In this document: positions 55,722-64,000 of the stretch, piece after piece
Layout: the number at the start of each line of letters is the position of its first letter
How positions within the stretch are numbered: the stretch's first letter is position 1
Source of the DNA: a virus
DNA: 64,000 nt
IMG/VR virus record: IMGVR_UViG_3300031576_000031
Location: 1,014-65,013 of that record
Strand: one strand, 5' to 3'
The notes under the pieces: generated by a model
What the model saw: the letters and a program-made list of their open reading frames with translations, nothing else
Told to the model about the DNA's origin: nothing
The model's database searches: none
Program-made: the position numbers and the translations under genes

Positions 55722-56392
55722 TTGAACCTCTCATGGACCTTTTGCATATCCTTGAGAAACGGTCCATATTTAGCCATTAGTTTAGCCGCATCATGAGGTT
55801 GATGTGATTCGTTTTGAGTCCTAATCCTATCCGCGAAGGGCTTATGGAGGACTCTAGCCGATGGAATTGGGATTACTGGTCTTCCAGCCAAAAACGACCT
55901 GAAGGCAATGGAGTTGTCACCGCCATAGAAGTAAAGAATCTCGTCAAACCATCCAATCGTATTCCCGAATTCTCTACTTATAATCCCAAAATTGGCATAT
56001 GGCATCCCCTGATACCAATCAACTCTATAGCCGGACATCCCTTGATTGGCCCAATATAGGGCTCCAATACCTATCCATTTATTCCTCTCCATCATCCTTA
56101 CCGCCTCAAAAGCCCAGCCTTCCTGGACCTCAACATCATCGTTCAGCCATATCACCCATCTCCCTTCCGCAAGTTCAAACGCCTTATTGTATCCTGCTAT
56201 ATGTCCAAGGCGAGGATTCTCTTCTATAATCTTGATATTTCTAGGAACATCTTGGAGTTCGAGTCTTATATCGCCCGCATCACTAACAATCATCTCCCAA
56301 GGGACAGTTGTATGCCTTATTACGCTATTGAGCATTGAGAGGAATTGTTGTTTCCTGTTTAATGTCCCAACAATAATGCTCAAATCAACCAT
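55703..56392 (-). CDS. GT2-family glycosyltransferase
   Basis: SIIVGTLNR, IVSDAG, WLNDD, YGGDNS. Confidence 0.88.
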   Translation of the reverse strand: MVDLSIIVGTLNRKQQFLSMLNSVIRHTTVPWEMIVSDAGDIRLELQDVPRNIKIIEENPRLGHIAGYNKAFELAEGRWVIWLNDDVEVQEGWAFEAVRMMERNKWIGIGALYWANQGMSGYRVDWYQGMPYANFGIISREFGNTIGWFDEILYFYGGDNSIAFRSFLAGRPVIPIPSARVLHKPFADRIRTQNESHQPHDAAKLMAKYGPFLKDMQKVHERFKCHEIL

Positions 56393-56407
56393 ATCTTATA
56401 GAAGAGG

Positions 56408-56806
56408 CTAGAGGAACTCCCCGTATGTCTTTAGTGTTGTGATTATATTCGGGTCGATTTGTTCAAACCTACCACCTTTTGGCGTAATGGTAACTTTAAC
56501 AATCGGCCTGACAATCCACATAAAATCTGTTACGGCATCCGGCGAAGGTGTTGTATTGAGGCCGAGAAGCCTTACACTATTACCGCTTTTTGTATATATC
56601 GAACCGAACATTCCCCATGTTATTCTGAAGAAGCCATGTCCGGTAATGAAAAACCATGTTACTTTAACTCCAGTAGAGATCGCCCACATAAAGGCCGTTG
56701 CGGCATCTGGTGACGGGGTTGTATTGAGTGCGAAAAGCCTCGTACTATTGTTTGTAGTTGCTACTTTTGCCAAAACACTGAATGGGGTAATTATATCAAC
56801 CATCAA
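56408..56806 (-). CDS. Hypothetical protein with an internal duplication
   Basis: RLFALNTTPSPDAATAFMW...VKVT and RLLGLNTTPSPDAVTDFMW...VKVT. Confidence 0.55.
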   Translation of the reverse strand: MMVDIITPFSVLAKVATTNNSTRLFALNTTPSPDAATAFMWAISTGVKVTWFFITGHGFFRITWGMFGSIYTKSGNSVRLLGLNTTPSPDAVTDFMWIVRPIVKVTITPKGGRFEQIDPNIITTLKTYGEFL

Positions 56807-56824
56807 ACACCAAATATCGATTCT

Positions 56825-57133
56825 TCATTGTCCCATTACTACTGGAATTTCAACTCCACCCAATTGTACGTTTCCGGGTAGTACCCTAAGCGCCGCGAGT
56901 ACCAAGGCTGTTGAAAAGTCATCAGCCCCCGCTTTGCCTATCCGTTCATATCCGCCCTTCTCCAACTTCCCATCGGCAACATGGGCATAAAAATACCCCT
57001 TCTCATATTCCATAGTCCACGCCGAGAACCGTTGTGCGATTTTCATAGCGAGTACCGGATTGCCGGTATAGTCATCTAGTAATCCATGCGTAATCCTATC
57101 CGCCACCATTTGATTGATTCCGCTCTTTGTCAT
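56825..57133 (-). CDS. Phage ABA-sandwich-like protein (tentative)
   Basis: DYTGNPVLAMKI...ALVLAALRV pattern. Confidence 0.45.
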   Translation of the reverse strand: MTKSGINQMVADRITHGLLDDYTGNPVLAMKIAQRFSAWTMEYEKGYFYAHVADGKLEKGGYERIGKAGADDFSTALVLAALRVLPGNVQLGGVEIPVVMGQ

Positions 57134-57915
57134 ACTGTAGTTCCCTTTCTGACGGCCATACGAATGCCTTGAATCGTAACGAGTGGCTGAACCTTAAAAT
57201 CCCCTGTCTCTCCAGCATCCCCAATACTAATGGTATGTAGACTGGCGAAAAGTTGGCCGGAATCGACTAACACGGCATTATAAAGTGCTCCTTGGACTCT
57301 GCGATTGGTTGCGTCGAAAAGAGCTTGAGAAACACATGGGATATACCTGAGCGCCCCAGAGAAGTTTATCAAGGGAATGATTACAGCGTTAGAGTTATGA
57401 ATAATCAGACGATTTTGTACCGCAGCCGCCACGTTATCTATGGCAAAATATTCCCCTACGCTATCCCCGTTAGAATCTCCCGTACCTGCGCTTGATCGGG
57501 AGGCCGTAGCTACAGTATAATTCGCATGGACCGTTTGGCTCTCTGGCTCCAGAGATAACATGAACGCCTGTCCGAGTTCTGCACCGGTAATGTTTGTTAC
57601 AACTGCGAAATGTTGACCGATGAAATAGTTCATCGTCACTGAGGCCCCAATATCGAAGGCTCTATCGCAAATAGTCACTGCGTTTTGATCTCGCACCCTC
57701 CAACCGAGGCGGGTCGTGCTGATCTCCGTTAAGAGGATATCCATAAAGCGACTATTCGCATCAACAGGGGATTTGAATAAGTTTGCGGAGGGCTCACTCC
57801 AGCCCGCACTCGTTACCGCCACAGCGCGAAAGTCGGTGACTATCGTGGCCGTGGTGGTAACCAAAGACGTTTCTCTGAAGTAACTTCCAGACTCAAATAT
57901 AGCCGGACTCGTCAT
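57130..57915 (-). CDS. Probable virion-associated beta-rich protein
   Basis: 261 aa, Thr/Ala/Ser-rich, downstream of the large tail gene. Confidence 0.55.
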   Translation of the reverse strand: MTSPAIFESGSYFRETSLVTTTATIVTDFRAVAVTSAGWSEPSANLFKSPVDANSRFMDILLTEISTTRLGWRVRDQNAVTICDRAFDIGASVTMNYFIGQHFAVVTNITGAELGQAFMLSLEPESQTVHANYTVATASRSSAGTGDSNGDSVGEYFAIDNVAAAVQNRLIIHNSNAVIIPLINFSGALRYIPCVSQALFDATNRRVQGALYNAVLVDSGQLFASLHTISIGDAGETGDFKVQPLVTIQGIRMAVRKGTTV

Positions 57916-58152
57916 TTACTTACCCAACCTTCCTTTTATAAATGAATTAATGCGCACTTCAAGGCCACAATCACATTGCATACACCTATTACACATTTTC
58001 GAGCAACTTGTAACGTGTCCGTATTCTTCAAGAAGTTGAAGCAGATAATTCCTTTCTTGATCCAAAATTCCTACAAGAATATCAAGTCTTGTGCGAGAAT
58101 TTAGATAATCTATTGTCGGATCATTTTCGGTCAATGTCCTTGGGATATCCAT
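57916..58152 (-). CDS. Hypothetical protein
   Basis: 78 aa, coupled to both neighbours. Confidence 0.5.
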   Translation of the reverse strand: MDIPRTLTENDPTIDYLNSRTRLDILVGILDQERNYLLQLLEEYGHVTSCSKMCNRCMQCDCGLEVRINSFIKGRLGK

Positions 58153-61100
58153 TACTTAATTACCTCCACTACGCCATAAAGCATATCAAAACTAGGATCT
58201 CTATTCGGCGCGCTGCTCCATTCGGCCGTAATAGATAGCGTCTGATCCTGAGCGGTATTGATTGAGGATGAATTAAAAACCTCATATTCTTGGAGAGCCG
58301 CTCCACCAGTAGTTATAGCTGTTCCTGAATCGGTAGCGTAAGACCTATCAAAACTATTCCTAGCCCAAATTCTTTGTGAGGTCTGTGTCTTATTGGCAAT
58401 AAAGACCTCAAGATATCCTCTGGAAAAGGCTGTGGCATCACCCCCCTGCGGGTTATTGACAAATGTGGCTATAGTCGTCCCACCAAACTTGACTCTAATA
58501 GTACAGGTCGGAGTTACAGTTGAGGCGAGTCTATACGGCATCGACATCCTTAAAGCTCTATCGCTTCCCATTGAGTTAGCCGTTACGGTCTTCGTGAAGG
58601 TAGTAGTTTCAGAAGTTGTATTCGGAACTGTTTGAGAAATAGCCTCAATACTCTGTCTCTCAACTCCCGGTAGAGCAGTAGACCCAACACTACCGGAGGT
58701 TCTCACAATCATTGTGGCTGTTGTTCCCGGAGAAATGGAACCTATCGATGTAATTTCCCATGTAATCAACGAGCCAGCTTCAAGAGTAACTTCGGGTGAG
58801 AGAACGGTTGACCCGCTTAATCCACCGGCAGGAACAGTAACAACGCCAAAAGATGATCCATCTTTCTTGGCAGTAAACGTTGCGCTGCTTCCAGTTGGTG
58901 CGCTTCTTAGGTAGACGTCCAGTCTGTTGGCACTAGATGAATCCCTACGAGTCAATACTGGAATGAATGTGTTCTGAGAAATATTAATGGGACCAGTGAA
59001 GACATAAACAAAATCGCCTAATGGTACAACAGCGCCGAAGACGAATGTATTGCCCGATTTTGTAATTCTTATGGGACCACTATTTGTTATATCAAAATGA
59101 CCATATACCGCCTCCTGACCAGTTATCCCAGCAGAAAGAATACCCTTATGTCTATGGTCACTACGGGAATATGTAGATGCTGAGCCTTCGGCATTGGCAT
59201 TAGTAATATCTACCGGAATGCCAATTGATGGCGAGGAAGTAGCTCTAAACTCAAATGTATTACCGGTATTTATAACGTTTACGGAGGAATCGTTTGTGAT
59301 ATCAATATGACCATAAACCGCACTCTGACCTTTTAGGCCAACAGAAAGAATTCCTCGATGTCTATGATTACTTCTGGCGAAGGTTACAGCCGTACCCTCA
59401 TTATTCAGATTTGTAATATCCACCACAGAACCGGCGGCAACAGAATGAACATGGTCGCTTCTCGAAAAACTCGTGGCCGCTCCTTCTGCCGCGACATCAT
59501 CTATTTTTGCGGCTGTGGCAACGGCAGTTGTAATGGCGTGGCGATGATCGTATCGAGAGGCTGTTCCTCCAACGCCAGCACTAGCAGTATCGTCAGGTTG
59601 AATCGTTGTAGGAACAGAATCGGAAAGGCTTACCCCACCGCCACCACTACCAGAACCGAATACAACTTGTTCCCATGCGATACCCGTCCAACGATAATCA
59701 TTGCCAAATTGGCAATTGGTCATATCGGTAATGACCGTTACTGTTTCGCCTATATACTTCCCTCTTGTTGGAAGGGTATTAAAGGTACGATGGATGGCAA
59801 CCTTAGTCCATTGTTTGTCAAGCCACGTTAGAAGGACGCCGCGAGGATTTGTAAGATCCCAAATCTCAACTGGATCATTAGTGACATCGAAATTTGTTAT
59901 GTCTCGATACGGGAGATTAAGATTGGTAATATCAATTGGATGGTAATGTTTGATCTCGCCTGGAACTTTACCAGAAACATCAATCGGGTGAGGACAATAG
60001 GAGGTAACGTCTATTCCCGAAGTCAAATCCTTTGGATAACGATATTGTTTCCATTTCGACTTCATCGCCTCAACTTGTTCGTTAAGGGTGTTTAGTTCAT
60101 CCTCAAGCGATTTGGGATGATTTCCAAGCGTTACCTGCGCTCGGAGTACAAATTGATCCATCATCTCATTCTGACGGGTTCTACCTATCTCTCTGAGTTC
60201 TCCCCTACCCCTAAACCCGCCTTTGATGTAGTGAATCTTAGTTACTTTGTATTGAGTAAAGTTGGAGATATCGCCAGAATCACGATACTGTACTTGCAGA
60301 ATGGGATGTGTATTCTCTAGCCTCTTTACTACCCCCTGCCACTCAATAACTCTCCAGTCCTGTCTACCTTTTTTATCGGCGATTATATTATCTGCCCATC
60401 TTGAGGCGTCAATAACATGAGACAAAGGAGGTGTTTCCATCGCGGTCTCATAAAGACCCCTACGTGTAATATCTGTTACGTCTCCTCTAATCGTCAGATG
60501 CTCTCTAGGACCACAATGAGTTCCCTCTACCTTGATCTGATTCACCATCTGATTCGTTCTGCCGCCAGAACGAGAATGTACTCCATCACGATCAAGAAAG
60601 AAATTATGACCTATTGTTGTAGTAGTCTGCTTCCAGTAGAACCTCCGCTCCGCATCCACTCCGAATTCGATATTGCCCTGAAGTTCGGCAAGAGTCTTTA
60701 ACGCTCTAAAGGCAGTAGTTTCAAAGTGAAGTTCGCCCTGAGTCTGATAGATAGATTGATCTAGTCCAAAATTAGTAGGATCGAATGAGGATGGTTGACG
60801 AATTACTCTCGAATATGGAGTAATATAATGAACTAAGATATCCTCTACGATCTCCCGAACAGTTAATAGTTTTGGATACTTCTTCTGGACGAAGATTTTG
60901 TTCAATTGTTCGATATAACCCCATCCACGAACATCAACTATACGTTCTGAGCCGGATTGATCGTATGTAGCCGATCTTATTACGCCACGATACCAAGTTA
61001 TATAATCAGTATCGGAAAGCGTTACAGGGGTGACACTTATGCCGTCTGTGAAAGCTACTTTATTGGTATTCTTCTGTTGTCTGATTCGGACATGGACTTC

Positions 61101-63344
61101 CCATCCATTTTCAACAGCATCCGAGAGTTCTGGGAAATCCGACCTCAAGAGGAGCCTAAATGCTCCACCCCCACCAACTCGATAGTAATCCCATTCAATC
61201 CTTTGATAATCCTTACTCAAAATTCTCTTATCGGTATAAACAAACCCAGTTGCAGGTGTACCAGTAACTTCAACGAGAACTATAAGCTCATCGATACCTT
61301 CATGTGGCACAGCCGTAAGAGGGGCATCATCAACGGTTACTTGTCTTGCCGAATTGGGATTATTTACTACATCCGAGCTAACAATGTGTTCATTAGAGCC
61401 CAATGTGGTAGCCGATGGACTATTAGATAAATCACTTAGGTTCCCATTATCGTCATAAGTTCTAATTGCGAAGTAATATGTTGTACTGTTTGTAAGACCA
61501 GTAACGATAAAATCTTCTATGGTTCCAGCAACCGAGGGGCTCTGTACTCCAAGCGCGATAGTGGCAACGGCGAATAGGGCATTCGTTGTAATTGGATTTG
61601 TGGAATACCTAACGTCATAATTGTCTGCGGTTCCAGTACTGCCGTTATCTCCTGGGGCAGTCCATCTCAAGCTAATAGTAGTTGTAGTGGGGGAGATGGC
61701 AATAAGATCAATAATGGCATTTGGGGCGATATTATCGCCATTGATTACTATGGCCTTATTCGCTCCTAAAGAACCGGCAGCACCGGGGGTCGGTAGTGTG
61801 AGAGTTGCAGCGTTACTTCCGGCGTCAACTATCGTGCCACTATTGAGACCAAGAGCGCTTGTAGAAAGATAGTCTAAATCACTACTCTCATGACCACTAC
61901 CAACGGTATAATTGAACGTAAGAATTGTACTGCCGCTACCACTCGCATAGTCCGCCGTCCCATCGCTTGAGCCAGTTTCAAGTGTTAATTGAGGAGTGCC
62001 TGTAACGGTTACTACTTCGGTAAATGTAATTGTTATCGGTATTAAAGCGCCAACACCATAAGTACCATTCGCGGCAGTTGAGGTTACATTGGTAACTGTC
62101 GGTGGAGTCCCATCAACAACTATAGCCTTATTCGCCCCTAGAGATCCAGCCGCTCCTGGACTCGCAAGGGTTAGAGTGGCGGCATTTGATGGTAAAGCGC
62201 CATCAACTATCGTTCCCCCGTTTAGAGCGAGAGACGAAGTTCCTACATAATCCAAGTCTCCACTAGTATGACCAGAAGCGATAGTGTAATTGAAAACGAG
62301 AGTGGTAGAGCCTGAACCACTGGAATAGTTAACTACCGCATCACTGGCTCCGGTCTCCAGCGTTAATTGTGGTGTACCAGTTACGGTTACAATCTCAGAG
62401 AAGACAACTTGAATTGCTATTATAGCGCCTATCCCATAAGTACCGTTAGCTGTTGAGGATGTTACGTTGCTGACAGTTGGGACAACACCATCGACCGCTA
62501 TATTTTTATTCGCCCCCAAAGAACCGGCGGCTCCGGGACTAGGCAGAGTCAATGTGGCCGCATTACCCGCACCATCTTTTATAGTACCACCATTAAGGAC
62601 TAAGGATGTCGTGGCGACGTAATCGAGATCGTTGTTGAAATGGCCCGATAAGACGGTGTATTGGAAAACTAATGTAGACGACCCTGAACCACTTGAATAA
62701 TTAACTACGGCATCGCTCGCACCAGTCTCCAATGTTATTTGAGGAGTACCTGTAACGGTTACAGCCTCGGAAAAGGTAATTACTATTGGAATAATAGACC
62801 CGATACCGTAGGTTAGATTGGCAAAGGTTGAGGTTACATCGGTAACCGTTGGGACGGCGACGTCCCAAGGAACGGTAACTTCACAATCCGCTGTGCCGGT
62901 CCCTATCGTTAAACTTTCAGCACTTCCGCTTGAATTATCTACCAATAGAACAACAGCAAGTCTATCGCCTGCGCTTACGGTCTTCTCCGCTACCGACAAC
63001 GAAAAGGTCTTTACTCCAGTTCCACTTTGTTCTGCGGTAGTCCCAAAGTCTTCCTGAAGCGTACCGGAAGAATTTAATCTTCTAAAACTAACGGCATAAT
63101 CGAGACTCGCTCCGGCAGACGTTACATTGACTTCACAGGTATATGTTCCAGCCGCCCATATCGTGAGATTTGGCTCGCTTGATTCAGTATACCAAGCTAC
63201 TGTAGCCTCATTTGTTGTCGAATGAGGAACGGATCTTGTTATTGACCCAGAGCCCTCAGTCCCCTCAAGCAATTTTCTATCATTAATTCCTGATTGGGTA
63301 GATAGGTCGGACGTGGCCGCTCTTTGGACATACGTTCTACTCAA
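58152..63344 (-). CDS. 1730-aa multidomain tail protein: three Ig-like repeats, FN3, tail hub-like domain and fibre-like repeats
   Basis: Three about 125-aa repeats (TFSE.VTVTGTPQ.TLETG...GSGS.TL.F.Y...LNGGTI.D...GSLGANK), FN3 (ISLRWTAPGD...GLTNSTTYYFAIR), RSDH.H repeats; directly after the Dit-like gene. Confidence 0.8.
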   Translation of the reverse strand: MSRTYVQRAATSDLSTQSGINDRKLLEGTEGSGSITRSVPHSTTNEATVAWYTESSEPNLTIWAAGTYTCEVNVTSAGASLDYAVSFRRLNSSGTLQEDFGTTAEQSGTGVKTFSLSVAEKTVSAGDRLAVVLLVDNSSGSAESLTIGTGTADCEVTVPWDVAVPTVTDVTSTFANLTYGIGSIIPIVITFSEAVTVTGTPQITLETGASDAVVNYSSGSGSSTLVFQYTVLSGHFNNDLDYVATTSLVLNGGTIKDGAGNAATLTLPSPGAAGSLGANKNIAVDGVVPTVSNVTSSTANGTYGIGAIIAIQVVFSEIVTVTGTPQLTLETGASDAVVNYSSGSGSTTLVFNYTIASGHTSGDLDYVGTSSLALNGGTIVDGALPSNAATLTLASPGAAGSLGANKAIVVDGTPPTVTNVTSTAANGTYGVGALIPITITFTEVVTVTGTPQLTLETGSSDGTADYASGSGSTILTFNYTVGSGHESSDLDYLSTSALGLNSGTIVDAGSNAATLTLPTPGAAGSLGANKAIVINGDNIAPNAIIDLIAISPTTTTISLRWTAPGDNGSTGTADNYDVRYSTNPITTNALFAVATIALGVQSPSVAGTIEDFIVTGLTNSTTYYFAIRTYDDNGNLSDLSNSPSATTLGSNEHIVSSDVVNNPNSARQVTVDDAPLTAVPHEGIDELIVLVEVTGTPATGFVYTDKRILSKDYQRIEWDYYRVGGGGAFRLLLRSDFPELSDAVENGWEVHVRIRQQKNTNKVAFTDGISVTPVTLSDTDYITWYRGVIRSATYDQSGSERIVDVRGWGYIEQLNKIFVQKKYPKLLTVREIVEDILVHYITPYSRVIRQPSSFDPTNFGLDQSIYQTQGELHFETTAFRALKTLAELQGNIEFGVDAERRFYWKQTTTTIGHNFFLDRDGVHSRSGGRTNQMVNQIKVEGTHCGPREHLTIRGDVTDITRRGLYETAMETPPLSHVIDASRWADNIIADKKGRQDWRVIEWQGVVKRLENTHPILQVQYRDSGDISNFTQYKVTKIHYIKGGFRGRGELREIGRTRQNEMMDQFVLRAQVTLGNHPKSLEDELNTLNEQVEAMKSKWKQYRYPKDLTSGIDVTSYCPHPIDVSGKVPGEIKHYHPIDITNLNLPYRDITNFDVTNDPVEIWDLTNPRGVLLTWLDKQWTKVAIHRTFNTLPTRGKYIGETVTVITDMTNCQFGNDYRWTGIAWEQVVFGSGSGGGGVSLSDSVPTTIQPDDTASAGVGGTASRYDHRHAITTAVATAAKIDDVAAEGAATSFSRSDHVHSVAAGSVVDITNLNNEGTAVTFARSNHRHRGILSVGLKGQSAVYGHIDITNDSSVNVINTGNTFEFRATSSPSIGIPVDITNANAEGSASTYSRSDHRHKGILSAGITGQEAVYGHFDITNSGPIRITKSGNTFVFGAVVPLGDFVYVFTGPINISQNTFIPVLTRRDSSSANRLDVYLRSAPTGSSATFTAKKDGSSFGVVTVPAGGLSGSTVLSPEVTLEAGSLITWEITSIGSISPGTTATMIVRTSGSVGSTALPGVERQSIEAISQTVPNTTSETTTFTKTVTANSMGSDRALRMSMPYRLASTVTPTCTIRVKFGGTTIATFVNNPQGGDATAFSRGYLEVFIANKTQTSQRIWARNSFDRSYATDSGTAITTGGAALQEYEVFNSSSINTAQDQTLSITAEWSSAPNRDPSFDMLYGVVEVIK
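61740..62860 (-). repeat. Three tandem coding repeats of about 375-385 bp inside the tail gene
   Basis: Visible at DNA level, for example TGAGGAGT.CCTGTAACGGTTAC recurs; units begin near 62855, 62483 and 62105. Confidence 0.85.
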
Positions 63345-63368
63345 ATCACACCATCAACTCATTAAGAA

Positions 63369-64000
63369 CTATGATACTCTTGGTAGCCAAGTAAAAGTAT
63401 AAGTTGCGACTATCTTGCCTTCAATTTCTATTGAGTTATTGCCAGCCTCAAGCCATAAGAAACTACCAGACCAATTCGTTAAATCCTCAGTACCATTATT
63501 AGTTACCGTGAATAAGCCACAATCTACCGTTAGGGAAGTCCCCGCCAAAATTGTTCCGCTATAGGTGAAGTTCCGACCTGTTGTCAAATTTCTTACTATA
63601 ACCGTGGTAATGGTATCAGTTGCGGCCACAACAATTTTTGGATAAACAAAGATATTGCCGGTATTATTAATGGTAAATATTTCTGCTCTATTCCCCAATC
63701 CAACGGGAGTATCGGAACTATTCAGCGTCCTTACATCCGATCCCGTCGCATCAAGATAAAAGAACGGATCAGCACAGATAAAGTCTATTGAATATACCGC
63801 AGATTTGGCAGCCGTTCCGGGCACATATCCCCAATGAAATCCTAGAGGATAGGCATAAATATACCTATCATCCCATAATCTTAACTTTTTGTTGAATCTA
63901 TTTAATGTCTTGGCGAAATTATCTATCGTAGTGCGACAAGTTGTAGCATCTTGTTCTTGGATTTTACCCTTGAGCGAGATCCTTCTCGCATCCCCTACAG
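63369..64000 (-). CDS. Distal tail (Dit)-like siphovirus tail component; partial, runs off the right edge
   Basis: Hand translation shows the frame of track ORF 63369..63824 is open to the window end (RRISLKGKI...LRLWDDRYIYAY...FICADPFFY...INNTGN...PKI...WLEAGNNSIEI). Confidence 0.78.
   Translation of the reverse strand, partial: VGDARRISLKGKIQEQDATTCRTTIDNFAKTLNRFNKKLRLWDDRYIYAYPLGFHWGYVPGTAAKSAVYSIDFICADPFFYLDATGSDVRTLNSSDTPVGLGNRAEIFTINNTGNIFVYPKIVVAATDTITTVIVRNLTTGRNFTYSGTILAGTSLTVDCGLFTVTNNGTEDLTNWSGSFLWLEAGNNSIEIEGKIVATYTFTWLPRVS

Noticed and set aside
58152-63344. Diversity-generating retroelement target
   Set aside because: No reverse transcriptase in the window; the repeats differ at all bases rather than at adenines and lie within one frame.
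1-64000. Genome-wide TAG reassignment
   Set aside because: Many genes end in TAG at natural C-termini or right before the next start (for example 12568, 14069, 14942, 23168, 41563), long genes are open in the standard code, and no CUA-anticodon tRNA is seen.
1-64000. Integrated prophage or plasmid
   Set aside because: No integrase, att site next to host genes, partition genes or relaxase; the whole window has phage gene density and content.

Overview
The window is a contiguous segment of a large tailed dsDNA bacteriophage, probably a siphovirus, at roughly 40-45% GC by spot counts. No host chromosome, integrase or CRISPR array is seen. From left to right it contains: (1) the portal gene (runs off the left edge) and terminase large subunit, both on the minus strand; (2) a small RNA locus with tRNA-Ile(UAU), about 430 nt of highly foldable unannotated sequence, and tRNA-Asn(GUU); (3) many small hypothetical genes, a 1.4-kb high-GC insert, an RNA ligase and two 2OG-Fe(II) oxygenase-like genes; (4) a compositionally distinct leftward module at about 15-19.4 kb (GP88-like, DUF932) bounded by repeat- and palindrome-rich non-coding DNA; (5) a long minus-strand region with an ADP-ribosyltransferase-like gene, MazG, an IMPDH/GMPR-family gene, Mor- and sigma-like regulators, SbcCD, RecA, gp32-like SSB, a DnaE fused to a family-4 uracil-DNA glycosylase, primase, DnaB and an SF2 helicase; (6) a holin/spanin-like cassette; (7) a dense nucleotide-sugar, glycosyltransferase and methyltransferase cluster directly downstream of tail genes (a 1730-aa multidomain tail protein and a Dit-like gene that runs off the right edge). 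The best leads are the phage-encoded glycan pathway beside the tail genes, the structured RNA between the tRNAs, the ART-like protein carrying a SGNxGHAGRP leader, the DnaE-UDG fusion, and the CAG/CTG-poor early-type module. All family calls are from motif recognition by eye; no database searches were run.
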